A stretch of 63,157 bases of DNA, filler included, from Chiloscyllium plagiosum (Eukaryota): the NCBI RefSeq assembly GCF_004010195.1. It is 5 parts of one record of this genome, joined end to end, with 100 filler letters (N's around TTAATTAATTAA, not from the genome) between each part and the next. Parts side by side here need not be neighbours in the genome. Positions count along the whole stretch, not along the records: positions 45,532 to 54,448 come from NC_057712.1; positions 54,549 to 63,157 come from NC_057712.1; 3 more parts are not named here. One strand, given 5' to 3'. The notes under the pieces are model-generated. The model was not told where the DNA came from, ran no database searches, and saw nothing but the letters and a program-made list of their open reading frames with translations. This document shows, piece after piece, positions 53,281 through 63,157 of this stretch (positions within the stretch are counted from its first letter, which is position 1; each line of letters starts with the position of its first letter). The position numbers and the translations under genes were made by a program.

Positions 53281-53640
53281 ATGGAGCCGCGGCTGAGTGA
53301 GCTGTTCGGGGGTTTCCCGGGCGCTGCGGCAGGGACTATGGCGGCCGGGGGAGCCGCCGCCGCCGCCGCTCCGCTCTCCGCCACCAGGCGTTCCTCACGG
53401 CAGACCGCCGCCTCCAACGGCCGCGCCCGGGGCCACGGCCACGGCCAAGGACAGGGCTCCAGCTCCAGCTCGGGCCGGGCTCCTGCTGCTCCAGCCGCAG
53501 GCCCGGCGGCAGGGCCCTCGCCCTCTGGACCTTCTCACAAAAACAACAAGCTGCCGCCCGTGGCCCCGAAAGGCCCGCACAAGAAAACCCGCAGCCGGCC
53601 CCGGGGCCGCAACAACAACCCGCCCTTCCTGCCGCCAGAG
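53281..53640 (+). CDS. GTPBP2: GTP-binding protein 2, exon 1
   Basis: MEPRLSELFGG...RGRNNNPPFLPPE|GTAAGG matches recalled human MDSRVSELFGG...KANNPPYLPPE; good Kozak context (GTCATGG) and phase-0 donor. Confidence 0.92.
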
Positions 53641-53834
53641 GTAAGGCTGACATCGGGGACGGTCTGACCCCCCCCCCCCCCCCCCCCGGGGGTAGGGGGG
53701 TGTTGTCCCGGTTTAAGTGAACGCGGTGTCAGGAAGCGACAGGGTTTGTCACCCCCCCCCCCCCCCCCCCGGACCTTTCGTTCTCTCTCCCTCACAACCT
53801 GACTCTCTCTCCCCCTCCCCGGGTGCATGGGAGA

Positions 53835-54448
53835 CTGTACACCCGGCAGACTGTACCCCAAACAGCTCGCCCTGCCTGTACACCCGGCAGACTGTACCCC
53901 AAACAGCTCGCCCTGCCTGTACACCCGGCAGACTGTACCCCAAACAGCTCGCCCTGCCTGTACACCCGGCAGACTGTACCCCAAACAGCTCGCCCTGCCT
54001 GTACACCCGGCAGACTGTACCCCAAACAGCTCGCCCTGCCTGTACACCCGGCAGACTGTACCCCAAACAGCTCGCCCTGCCTGTACACCCGGCAGACTGT
54101 ACCCCAAACAGCTCGCCCTGCCTGTACACCCGGCAGACTGTACCCCAAACAGCTCGCCCTGCCTGTACACCCGGCAGACTGTACCCCAAACAGCTCGCCC
54201 TGCCTGTACACCCGGCAGACTGTACCCCAAACAGCTCGCCCTGCCTGTACACCCGGCAGACTGTACCCCAAACAGCTCGCCCTGCCTGTACACCCGGCAG
54301 ACTGTACCCCAAACAGCTCGCCCTGCCTGTACACCCGGCAGACTGTACCCCAAACAGCTCGCCCTGCCTGTACACCCGGCAGACTGTACCCCAAACAGCT
54401 CGCCCTGCCTGTACACCCGGCAGACTGTACCCCAAACAGCTCGCCCTG
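53835..54448. repeat. 41-bp perfect minisatellite (CTGTACACCCGGCAGACTGTACCCCAAACAGCTCGCCCTGC)n in GTPBP2 intron 1
   Basis: About 15 identical units running into a scaffold join. Confidence 0.95.
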
Positions 54449-56528
54449 NNNNNNNNNNNNNNNNNNNNNNNNNNNNNNNNNNNNNNNNNNNNTTAATTAA
54501 TTAANNNNNNNNNNNNNNNNNNNNNNNNNNNNNNNNNNNNNNNNNNNNCTCACCTTTCCTATTCCTCACCTCAGCCCAAACTACCTCAGATGGCGAGTCT
54601 TCATCCATCGTCCTTTCCACCGCAGTAATACTATCTTTGACAAGCAATGCCACACCTCCCCCTCTTTTACCCCCACCTCTGACCCTACTAAAACATTTAA
54701 ACCCTGGAACCTGCAACAGCCAATCCTGTCCCTGTAAAAAGGACAAAAAGGGGACATGAGATAGCTTTGGCAAATAGGGTGAAGGAGAATCCAAAGGAAT
54801 TTTATAAATACATTAAGGACAAAAGGGTAACTAGGGCGAGAATAGGGGCCCTCAAAGATCAGCAAGGCAGCCTGTGTATGGAACTGCAGGAGATAGGGGA
54901 GATACTAAACGAGTATTTTGCATCAGTGTTTACTGTGGAGAAGGACATAGAAGATACAGAATGTGAGGAAATAGACGGTGACATCTTGAACTACGTTGAG
55001 ATGACTGAGGAGGAAGTGCTGGATGTCTTAAAATGCGTAAAGGTGGATAGATCCCCAGGACCTGATCAGGTGTACCCGAGAACTCTGTGGGAAGCTAGAG
55101 AAGTGATTGCTGGGCCTCTTGCTGAGATATTTGTATCATCGATAGTCACAGATGAGTCCTGGAAGACTGGAGGTTGGCTAACATGGTGTCACTGTTTAAG
55201 AAGGGCGGTAAAGACAAGCCAGGGAACTAAAGACCAGTGAGCCTGACCTCAGTGGTGGGCAAGTTGTTGGAGGAAATTCTGAGGGACAGGATTTACAAAT
55301 ATTTGAAAAGGCAAGGACTGATTAGGGATAGTCAGCATGGCTTTTATGCGTGGGAAATCATGTCTCATGAACTTGATTGAGTTTTAAGAAGAAGTAACAA
55401 AGAAGATTGATGAGGGCAGAGTGGTTAACGTGATCTATATGGACTTCAGTAAGGTATTCGACAGTGATCCTCATGGGAGACTGGTTAGCAAGGATAGATC
55501 ACATGGAATACAGGGAGAACTAGCCATTTGGATATGGAACTGGCTCAAAAGTAGAAGACAGAGGGTGGTGGTGGAGGGTTGCTTTTCAGACTGGAGGCCT
55601 GTGACCAGTGGAGTGCCACAAGGATCGGTGCTGTGTCCACTACTTTTTGTCATTTACATAAATGATTTGGATGTGAGCATAAGAGGTACAGTTAGTAAGT
55701 TTGCAGATGACACCAAAATTGGACAGCGAAGAGGGTTACCTCAGATTACAACAGGGTCTTGACCAGATGGGCCAATGGACTGAGGAGTGACAGATGGAAT
55801 TTAATTTATAAAATGTGAGGTGCTGCATTTTGAAAAAGCAAATCAAAGCGGGACTTAAACACTTAATGGTAAGGTCCTAGGGAGTGTTGCTGAACAAAGA
55901 GATCTTGGATTGCAGGTTCATAGCTCCTTGCAAGTAGAGTCGCAGGTAGATAGGATAGTGAAGAAGGAGTTTGGTATGCTTTCCTTTATTGGTCAGAGTA
56001 TTGAGTACAGGAGTTGGGAGGTCATGTTGCGGCTGTACAGGACATTGGTTAGGCCACTGTTGAAATATTGCGTGCAATTCTGGTCTCCTTCCTTTTGGAA
56101 AGATGTTGTGAAACTTGAAAGGGTTCAAAAAAGATTTACAAGAATATTGCCATGGTTGGAGGGTTTGAGATATAGGGAGAGGCTGAACAGGCTGGGGCTG
56201 TTTTCCCTGGAGCATCTGAGGCTGAGGGGTGACCTTATCGAGATTTATAAAATCATGAGGGGCATGGATGGGATAAATGGACAAAGTCTTTTCCCTGGGA
56301 TGGGGGAGTCCAGAACGAGAGGGAGAGGCCATAGGTTTAGGGTGAGAGGGGAAAGATATAAGAGAGGACCTAAGGGACAACGTTTTCACACAGAGGGTGG
56401 TACGGGTATGAAATGAGCTGCCAGAGGAAGTGGTCGAGGCTGATACAATTACAACATTTAAAAGGCATCTGGATGGGTATATGAATAGGAAGGGTTCAGT
56501 GGAATATGGGCCAAATGGGACTAGATTA

Positions 56529-57007
56529 GCTGTGGTTCTGTTCGCCGAAGCTGGAAGATTTTGTTGCAAACGTTTCGTCCCCTGTCTAGGTGACATCCTC
56601 AGTGCTTGGGAGCCTCCTGTGAAGCGCTTCTGTGGTGTTTCCTCCGGTGTTTATAGTGGCCTGTCCTTGCCGCTTCCGGTTGTCAGTTTCAGCTGTCCGC
56701 TGTAGTGGCCGGTATTTTGGGTCCAGGTCGATGTGTTTGTTGATGGACAAACACATCAACAAACACATCGACCTGGACCCAATATACCGGCCACTACAGC
56801 GGACAGCTGGAACTGACAACCAGAAGCGGCAGAGACAAACCACTATAAATGCCGGAGGGAACACCACAGAAGCGCTTCACAGGAGGCTCCCAAGCACTGA
56901 GGATGTCACCTAGACAGGGGACGAAACGTTTGCAACAAAAACTTCCAGCTTCGGCGAACAGAACCACAGCAACGAGCACCGGAGCTACAAATCTTCTCAC
57001 AAACTTT
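56529..57007. mobile_element. Palindromic Penelope-like element end (Poseidon-like) with 217-bp arms and 14-bp TSD
   Basis: Arms 56529-56745 and 56754-56970; encodes PLE-type C-terminus INKHIDLDPIYRPL; TSD TGGGACTAGATTAG at 56516-56529 and 57007-57020. Confidence 0.85.
56894..56933 (+). ncRNA. Minimal hammerhead ribozyme motif (mirror copy at 56566-56605 on the minus strand)
   Basis: GCA-CTGAGGA-T-GTCACCT-AGAC-AGGGGAC-GAAA-CG-TT-TGC: stem I GCA/TGC, core boxes, stem II, self-complementary AAACGTTT stem III region. Confidence 0.72.
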
Positions 57008-57449
57008 GGGACTAGATTAGATTGGGATATCTGGTCGGCATGGATGAGTTGGACTGAAGAGTCTGTTTCCTGCTGTATATCCCTATGACTCTACAGGGTG
57101 GGAAAGTCAGACTTGTTTTGGTACCAGTATATTTTTGGCATAGAGACATGATGGGCCAAAGGGCCTCTTTACTGTATGATTCTATATACGATCCTCGTTA
57201 TTTACTTCATTTCATAGGAACCCTCGAAAGTGTTCAATTTATATGGAGGTTTTGAGGGCCCTAGGAGTAAAGGAATTCCCAAGCGGAATCTTCAGTTTCC
57301 TGGGTAGTGCCAGCAGAGTCTGCTACAATAGGTAATTTCACAAGGTCCCTAAACACAGCTCCCATCGACCCTGGAATCATAATTGTCTGGCCACTGGAAT
57401 ATTTCAGTCGAGAGTGTGGTGTTGGAAAAGCACAGGAAGTCTTCACTAA

Positions 57450-58225
57450 GATGATGGCTGATCTTTCCATGGACTCAGCTCCACTTACCCACCCTCTCAC
57501 TGTATCTCTTAATTCTTAGATTTTTTTTAAACAATAAATCTTAGCTTTAAAAACGTTTACTGAAGTAGCGTTAACCACTTCCCTGGGCAGGAATTCCTCA
57601 GATTCACAACCCTCTGGGTGAAGAAGTTCCTCCCCAGTTCAGGCCTAAACCTGCTCCCTCTAATTTGAGACCATGCCCTCTTGTCCTAGCCTCACCCACC
57701 AGTGGAAACATCTTCTCTACTTCTATCTTATCCATTCCCTTCATAAATTTATATGTTTCTTTCAGATCCCCCTCCTCATTCTTCTGAATAATCTCATTCT
57801 CCTCAGTCTCTCCTCATTAGCCAACCCCCTCAACTCTGGAATTAACCGAGTGAACCTCCTCTGCACCCCCCTCCAGTGCCAGTACATCCTTTCTCAAGTA
57901 AGGAGACCAAACCTGTACACAATACTCTAGGTGTGGCCTCACCAGCACCTTGTACAGCTGTAACATTACCATCCTGCTTTTAAACTCAATCCCTTTAGCA
58001 ATGAAGGATAAAATTTCATTTTCCTTCCTAATTACCTGTTGTACCTGCAGACTAACCTCCTGTGATTCATGTACAATGAAACCCAGGTTCCTCTGCATAG
58101 CAACATGCTGCAACTTTTTACCATTCAAATAATAATCATTCTTACCCCTACCAAACTGAATGACTTCACATTTACTAACATTGTATTCCATCTGCCAGAC
58201 CTTTGCCCACTCACTTAAAGTATTA
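57450..58225 (-). mobile_element. CR1-type LINE 3' fragment
   Basis: MEYNVSKCEVIQFG...RPHLEYCVQVWSP. Confidence 0.88.
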
Positions 58226-58471
58226 TGATCTTATTTACTTTACCCATAAAGCCATGCAGCAGCCTCTTTAGCATTAAAATTATTCACTTATGCAACATGG
58301 GCATTGCTCATTTATTACCCATCCCTAGTTGCCCCTTGAGAAGGCATGAACTGCTTGAACCACTGCAGTTCAGCTGCTGTGGGTTGGCCCACAATGCCCT
58401 GAGGTAGGGAATTCCAGGATTTTGACCCAGTGACAGTGAAGGAACAGCGATATATATCCAACTCAGGATGG

Positions 58472-58647
58472 CGAAGGTGAGTACTGCAGATGCTGCAGAT
58501 CGGTCAAGATTAGAGTGGTGCTGGAAAAGCACAGCAGGTCAGGCAGCATCTGAGGAGCAGGAAAATCGATGTTTTGGGTAAATGAAGCGCTTTTGCCCAA
58601 AATGTTGATTTTCCTGCTCCTCGGAATCTGCTGTGCTTTTCCAGCAT
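58472..58647. mobile_element. Fold-back Penelope-like derivative inserted into a LINE fragment (58300-58760), 16-bp TSD
   Basis: TSD ATCCAACTCAGGATGG at 58456-58471 and 58646-58661; inverted arms GCTGGAAAAGCACAGCAG / CTGCTGTGCTTTTCCAGC. Confidence 0.78.
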
Positions 58648-59030
58648 CCAACTCAGGATGGTGAGTGGCTTGGAGGGGAATCTGCAGGGGCTGGTGTTCC
58701 CATGTTTCTGTTGCCTTGTCCTTCTAGATGGAGGTGGTTGTGGTTTCGGAAGGTGCTGACATTCTCCCTGATTAGTAATGGAACCTCTCCACCTCTTTTA
58801 CTTTCCTCTCTACCTTATCTAAAACAACAAAATCCTGGAATGTTGAGCAGCCAGTCCTGTCCCTCCGTCAACCCTGTCTCTGTACTGGCCACAACATCAT
58901 ATTCCCATGGTACTGATCCAGGCTCTCAGCTCGTCTGCCTTACCCATAATATTCCTTGCATTGAAATAAACACGCTCAGCCTATTAGCACCATCGTGTTC
59001 ATTTATCTGTCTCTGCCGGTCTTTCCTTTC

Positions 59031-59350
59031 AGGCAGAATGGTGGCTTAGTGGTTAGCACTGCTGTCTCACAGTGCCAGGGACCCAGGTTCGATTCCAGCC
59101 TTGGGCGACTGTCTGTGTGGAGTTTGCACAATCAACCGTGTCTGTGTGGGTTTCCTCCGGGTGCTCTGGTTTCCTCCCACAGTCCAAACATGTACAAGTC
59201 AGGTGCATTGATCGTGCTAAATTGCTCGTAGTGTTCAGGGATGTTTAGGTTAGGGGCATCCATCAGGAGTAAATGTGGAGTAATAGTGTAGGGAAGTGGT
59301 TCTGGGTGGGTGACTCTTCGGAGGATCAGTTGATTCTATCCTATGATTCT
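59031..59350 (+). mobile_element. HE1-type SINE
   Basis: GTGGCTTAGTGGTTAGCACTGC, GGTTCGATTCC and HE1 core. Confidence 0.88.
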
Positions 59351-59974
59351 GACAGGTCCAAACATCTACATTCCCCTCAATCCCACCACTTTGGTGACTT
59401 GCTGCCTGATTCCAAACCCCCGGGCCTCCCGTTTCTACCCATAATCCAAAGATGGGCAGACTAGGTGGATTAGTCATGATAAATGTAGGCTTATGGGGAT
59501 AGGGTAGGAGTGTCTGGGTGAGATGCTCTTCAGAGGGTTGGTGCAGACTTGATGGGCGCAGTGGCCTCTTTCTGCACTGTTGGGATTGTACGATTCTAAA
59601 AAAAACTAAAGAATTACGGATGTTCAAATTTGGAAAAAGCACTGGATCGGAAACGTTAACTCTTCTTTCTCTCAAAAGACCTGTTGGGATTTTTCAGCAA
59701 TTTCCGATTTTGTTTGTAATATTTCCATATTTGCTGATGACATTAATCTATGTGAAAATGTAAGTTGTGAGAAGGTACAAGGAGGCTTCAAGAAGGTAAT
59801 TAGGAAAGCTAATGGAATGTTATCATTTTTCGCGAAGGTTATTCGATATAAAAACAGAAAAATTATACTTTAGTTCTATAGAACATTTAGTATTATAATA
59901 TTATGTGCATTAATATATTGTACTGCTTGTGGACTAAGAAAGATGTAACTTTGTAGGAGGCAGGTCAGAGTTTT

Positions 59975-60312
59975 GTTTTCATTCACTGGGTTGTGGGTGT
60001 CGTTGGCTAGGCAGTATTTATTGCCCATCCCTAGTTGCCCAGAGGACAATTAAGAGTTAACCACATTTCTGTGGGTCTGGAGTCACATGTAGGCCAGACT
60101 AGGTAAGGATGGCAGTTTCCTTCCCTCAAGGATATTAGTGACCTAGGTAGGTTTTACCACACAATCGACATGGGATTCACGGTCTTCATTAGACTCTATT
60201 AATTCCAGACTACGTCTTTTTTAAATTCAAATTCCACTATCTGCTGTGCTTGGGTCCCCAGAACATTCCTGGGTTTCTGGATTAAAAGTGCAGCAATAAT
60301 ACTACCAGGCCA
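59975..60312 (-). mobile_element. SacSINE1/DeuSINE-like SINE
   Basis: Reverse complement of the family at 51790-52125. Confidence 0.7.
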
Positions 60313-60545
60313 CTCTGAATCATTGCAGATTTATAGGGGTCTCGATGATGTGAGCTGTGGCGAGATCTATGGCAGAATCACATGGGAAGTCTTCTGAGGT
60401 TTTGATGTTGGGAGCCACTCGCTGCATCTTTTATGTGACTGTAATGTTTTTTACCAGGCAGCAGCAAGTTACAGAAAACCATAAGATACATTTATACCAT
60501 TCAGCCCATCAATTCTGCTCTGCTGTTTGATCATGATTAATATGT

Positions 60546-60850
60546 TCAGCAGTGGAATGTTCCTCCTGCAGGATGTTCGAGGTAGGGGTGACCACCAATA
60601 CTCCTGCCGACTTCATCTGCAGGAAATGCAGTCAGCTCCTGCTCCTCACAGAACGAGTAAGGGAACTGGAACTGGAGTTGGATGAACTGAGGATTATTTG
60701 AGAGGCTGAGAAGGTGATAGATAGAAGCTACAGGGACATAGTTACGCCAGAGAACAGAGGTAGCTGGGTAACGATTAGAGGTGGGAAGGGGAGGAAGCAG
60801 GCAGTGCAGGAATCCCCTGTAGTCATTCCCCTAAACAATAAGTATACCTC
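60546..60850 (+). mobile_element. CR1 ORF1 N-terminal fragment (zinc finger and leucine zipper)
   Basis: AVECSSCRMFEV...FICRKCSQLLLLTERVRELELELDELRII. Confidence 0.75.
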
Positions 60851-61565
60851 TAAATTCCAGTGAGTACAAGCCCAGTCGATCCAGTTTTTCTTAATATGTC
60901 TGTCTTGCCATCCCGGGAATCATTCTGGTGAATCTTCGCTGGACTCCCTCAACAGCAAGAATGTCCTTCCTCAGACAAGGCGACCAAAACTGCATAAAGC
61001 AGTCAAGGTGTGGCCTCACCAAGGCCCTATATAACTGCATCAAGACATCCCTCCTCCTATATTCAAATCCTCTTGTAATGAAGGCCAGCATGCCATTAAC
61101 TTTCCTCACCGCATGCTACACCTGCATGCCAACCTTCAGCGGCTGTTCCGTCATGATACCTAGGTCCCCTTGTACCTCACCTTTTCTTAAACTACCACTA
61201 TTAAGATGATAATTTGCTTTCCTGTTTTTGCCACCAAAGTGGATAACCTCACATGTATCAACATTGTATTCCATTTGCCCACTCAGCCAGCCTGTCCAAG
61301 TCACCCTGCAGCCTCTTAGCATCTTCCTCAGCACACACTGCCATAGAGCTTTGTGTCATCTGCAAATTTAGAGATATTGTGTTCAACTCCTTTGACAAAT
61401 AATTACTGTGTATTGTGAACAGCTTGGGTCCCAGCACTGAACCCTGCGGTACTCTACTCATCATTGCCTGCCACTCTGAAAAGGACCTGTTTATCCCAAC
61501 TGGCTGCTTCCTGTCTGCCAACCAGTTCTCTATTCACATCAATACATTACCTCCGATACCATGAG
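60851..61565 (-). mobile_element. CR1-type RT fragment
   Basis: VPQGSVLGPKLFTI, LYRALVRPHL. Confidence 0.85.
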
Positions 61566-63157
61566 CTTAATGGTATAACGGCTGCAGAAAGGCAGTTCGA
61601 GGGGGATCTGCCTTTGGAGGTAGTATGGGCTGAAGTCAGAAATAGGAAAGGTGCAGTCACCTTGTTGGGTGTTTACTATAGGCCCCCCAATAGCAGCAGA
61701 GATGTGGAGGAACAGATTGGGAAACATATTTTGGAAAGGTGCAGAAGCCACAGGGTCGTAGTCATGGGTGACTTCAACTTCCCAAATATTGATTGGAAGC
61801 TCTTTAGATCAAGTAGATTTGATGGGGCGGTGTTTGTGCAGTGTGTCCAGGAAGCTTTTCTAACGCAGTATGTAGAATGTCCGAGCAGAGGGGAGGCCAT
61901 ATTGGATTTGGTACTTGGTAACGAACCGGGACAAGTGATGGGATTGTTCGTGGGTGAACATTTTGGTGATGGTGACCAAAATTTGTGACTTTCACCTTGG
62001 TTATGGAGAGAGATAGGTGCGTGCAACAGGGTAGGTTTTACAATTGGGGGAAGGGTAAATACGATGCTGTAAGACAGGATCTGAGGAGCATAAGTTGGGA
62101 GCATAGGCTGTCAGGGAAGGATGTCGTGGAAATGTGGAACTTTTTCAAGGAACAGATACGTCGTGTCCTTGATATGTATGTACCTGTCAGGCAGGAAAGA
62201 AATGGTCGTGTGAGTGAACCTTGGTTGACGAGGGAGGTTGACTGTCTTGTAAAGAGGAAGAAGGAGGCTTACATAAGGTTGAGGAAACAAGGTTCAGACA
62301 CAGCAGTGGAGGGATACAGGATAGCCAGGAGGGAGCTGAAGAAAGGGATTAGGAGAGCTAAGAGAGGGCATGAAAAATCTTTGGCAGATAGGATCAAGGA
62401 TAACCCCAAGGCCTTTTATGCGTATGTGAGAAACATGAGAATGACGAGAACGAGGGTAGGTCCGATCAAGGACAGTAGTGGGAGACTGTGTATTGAGTCG
62501 GAAGATATAGGAGATGTCTTGAATGAATACTTTTCTTCAGTATTTACAAATGAGAGGGACCGTATTGTTGAAGAGGAGAATGTGAAATGGACTGGTAAGC
62601 TAGAGGAGATACTCGTTAGGAAGGAAGATGTGTTGGACATTTTGAACAACTTGAGGATAGACAAGTCCCCCAGGCCTGACGGGATATATCCTAGGATTAT
62701 GTGGGAAGAAGAGAGGAAATTGCAGAGCCGTTGGCAATGATCTTTTCGTCTTCACTGTCAACGGGGATGGTACCAGGGGACTGGAGAGTGGCGAATGTTG
62801 TGCCCCTGTTCACAAAAGGGAATACGGATAACTCCGGGAATTACAAGCCACTTAGTCTTACTTCGGTGATAGGCAAAGTAATGGAAAGGGTACTGAGCGA
62901 TAGGATTTATGAGTATCTGGAAAGACACTGCTTGATTAGGGACAGTCAGCATGGATTTGTGAGGGGTAGGTCTTGCCTTACAAGTCTTATTGAATTCTTC
63001 GAGGAGGTGACCAAGCATGTGGATGAGGGAAGAGCAGTGGATGTAGTGTACATGGATTTTAGTAAGGCATTTGATAAGGTCCCCCATGGTAGGCTTATGC
63101 GGAAAGCCAGGAGGCATGGGATAGAGGGAAATATGGCCAATTGGATAGAAAACTGGC
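61566..63157 (+). mobile_element. CR1-type LINE ORF2 (EN to RT), continuing past the window end
   Basis: GVYYRPP, VMGDFNFPNIDW, DLVLGNEPG, YMDFSKAFDKVPHG. Confidence 0.92.

Larger units (their letters stand above)
54549..57095 (+). mobile_element. CR1-type LINE (54736-57095 +, with an inverted EN fragment at 54549-54735), 3' UTR interrupted by a Penelope-like palindrome
   Basis: KENPKEFYKYIKDKR, YMDFSKVFD, GVPQGSVL, FADDTKIG, LRGDLIEIYKIM. Confidence 0.92.

Noticed and set aside
53043..53417. 124-aa minus-strand ORF over the GTPBP2 promoter
   Set aside because: GC-rich antisense shadow of exon 1; no resemblance to a known divergent partner gene.
53535..54504. Multiple 200-290 aa ORFs on both strands; CRISPR-like appearance
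   Set aside because: Perfect 41-bp tandem repeat with no unique spacers, in a eukaryotic intron.
60340..60400. Possible C/D-box snoRNA (ATGATG...CTGA)
   Set aside because: C box imperfect, length short, no recognisable rRNA guide, weak terminal stem.

Overview
Repeat-rich eukaryotic genomic DNA from a cartilaginous fish (inferred from HE1-type SINEs and HER1/CR1 LINEs). It is a draft scaffold with N gaps and four artificial N44-TTAATTAATTAA-N44 joins. Host genes were recognised by manual splicing and translation against remembered human proteins: the last coding exon of PEX6 (- strand, 14168-14304), the last three coding exons of a kinesin light chain, most likely KLC4 (+, 34593-43894), and the CpG promoter plus exon 1 of GTPBP2 (+, 53281-53640). 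All three are human 6p21.1 genes. A second GC-box/CRE promoter sits at the left edge. The rest is decayed CR1, Rex1/Babar, Tx1-like, Gypsy and Penelope-like elements, SINEs, a MER44/Tigger-like MITE and at least six large minisatellite families. The long ORFs in the ORF track are repeat or gap artefacts. Most notable: (i) fold-back Penelope-like insertions with 13-16 bp target-site duplications that carry minimal hammerhead ribozyme motifs, including a 217-bp-arm palindrome with a hammerhead on each strand; (ii) a decayed multi-kb acidic coding-like region downstream of PEX6, a candidate unitary pseudogene; (iii) an unassigned 27-nt microexon with a probable terminal exon; (iv) intronic minisatellites sharing a GGGTCAG core, one of which is an array of consensus 5' splice sites.
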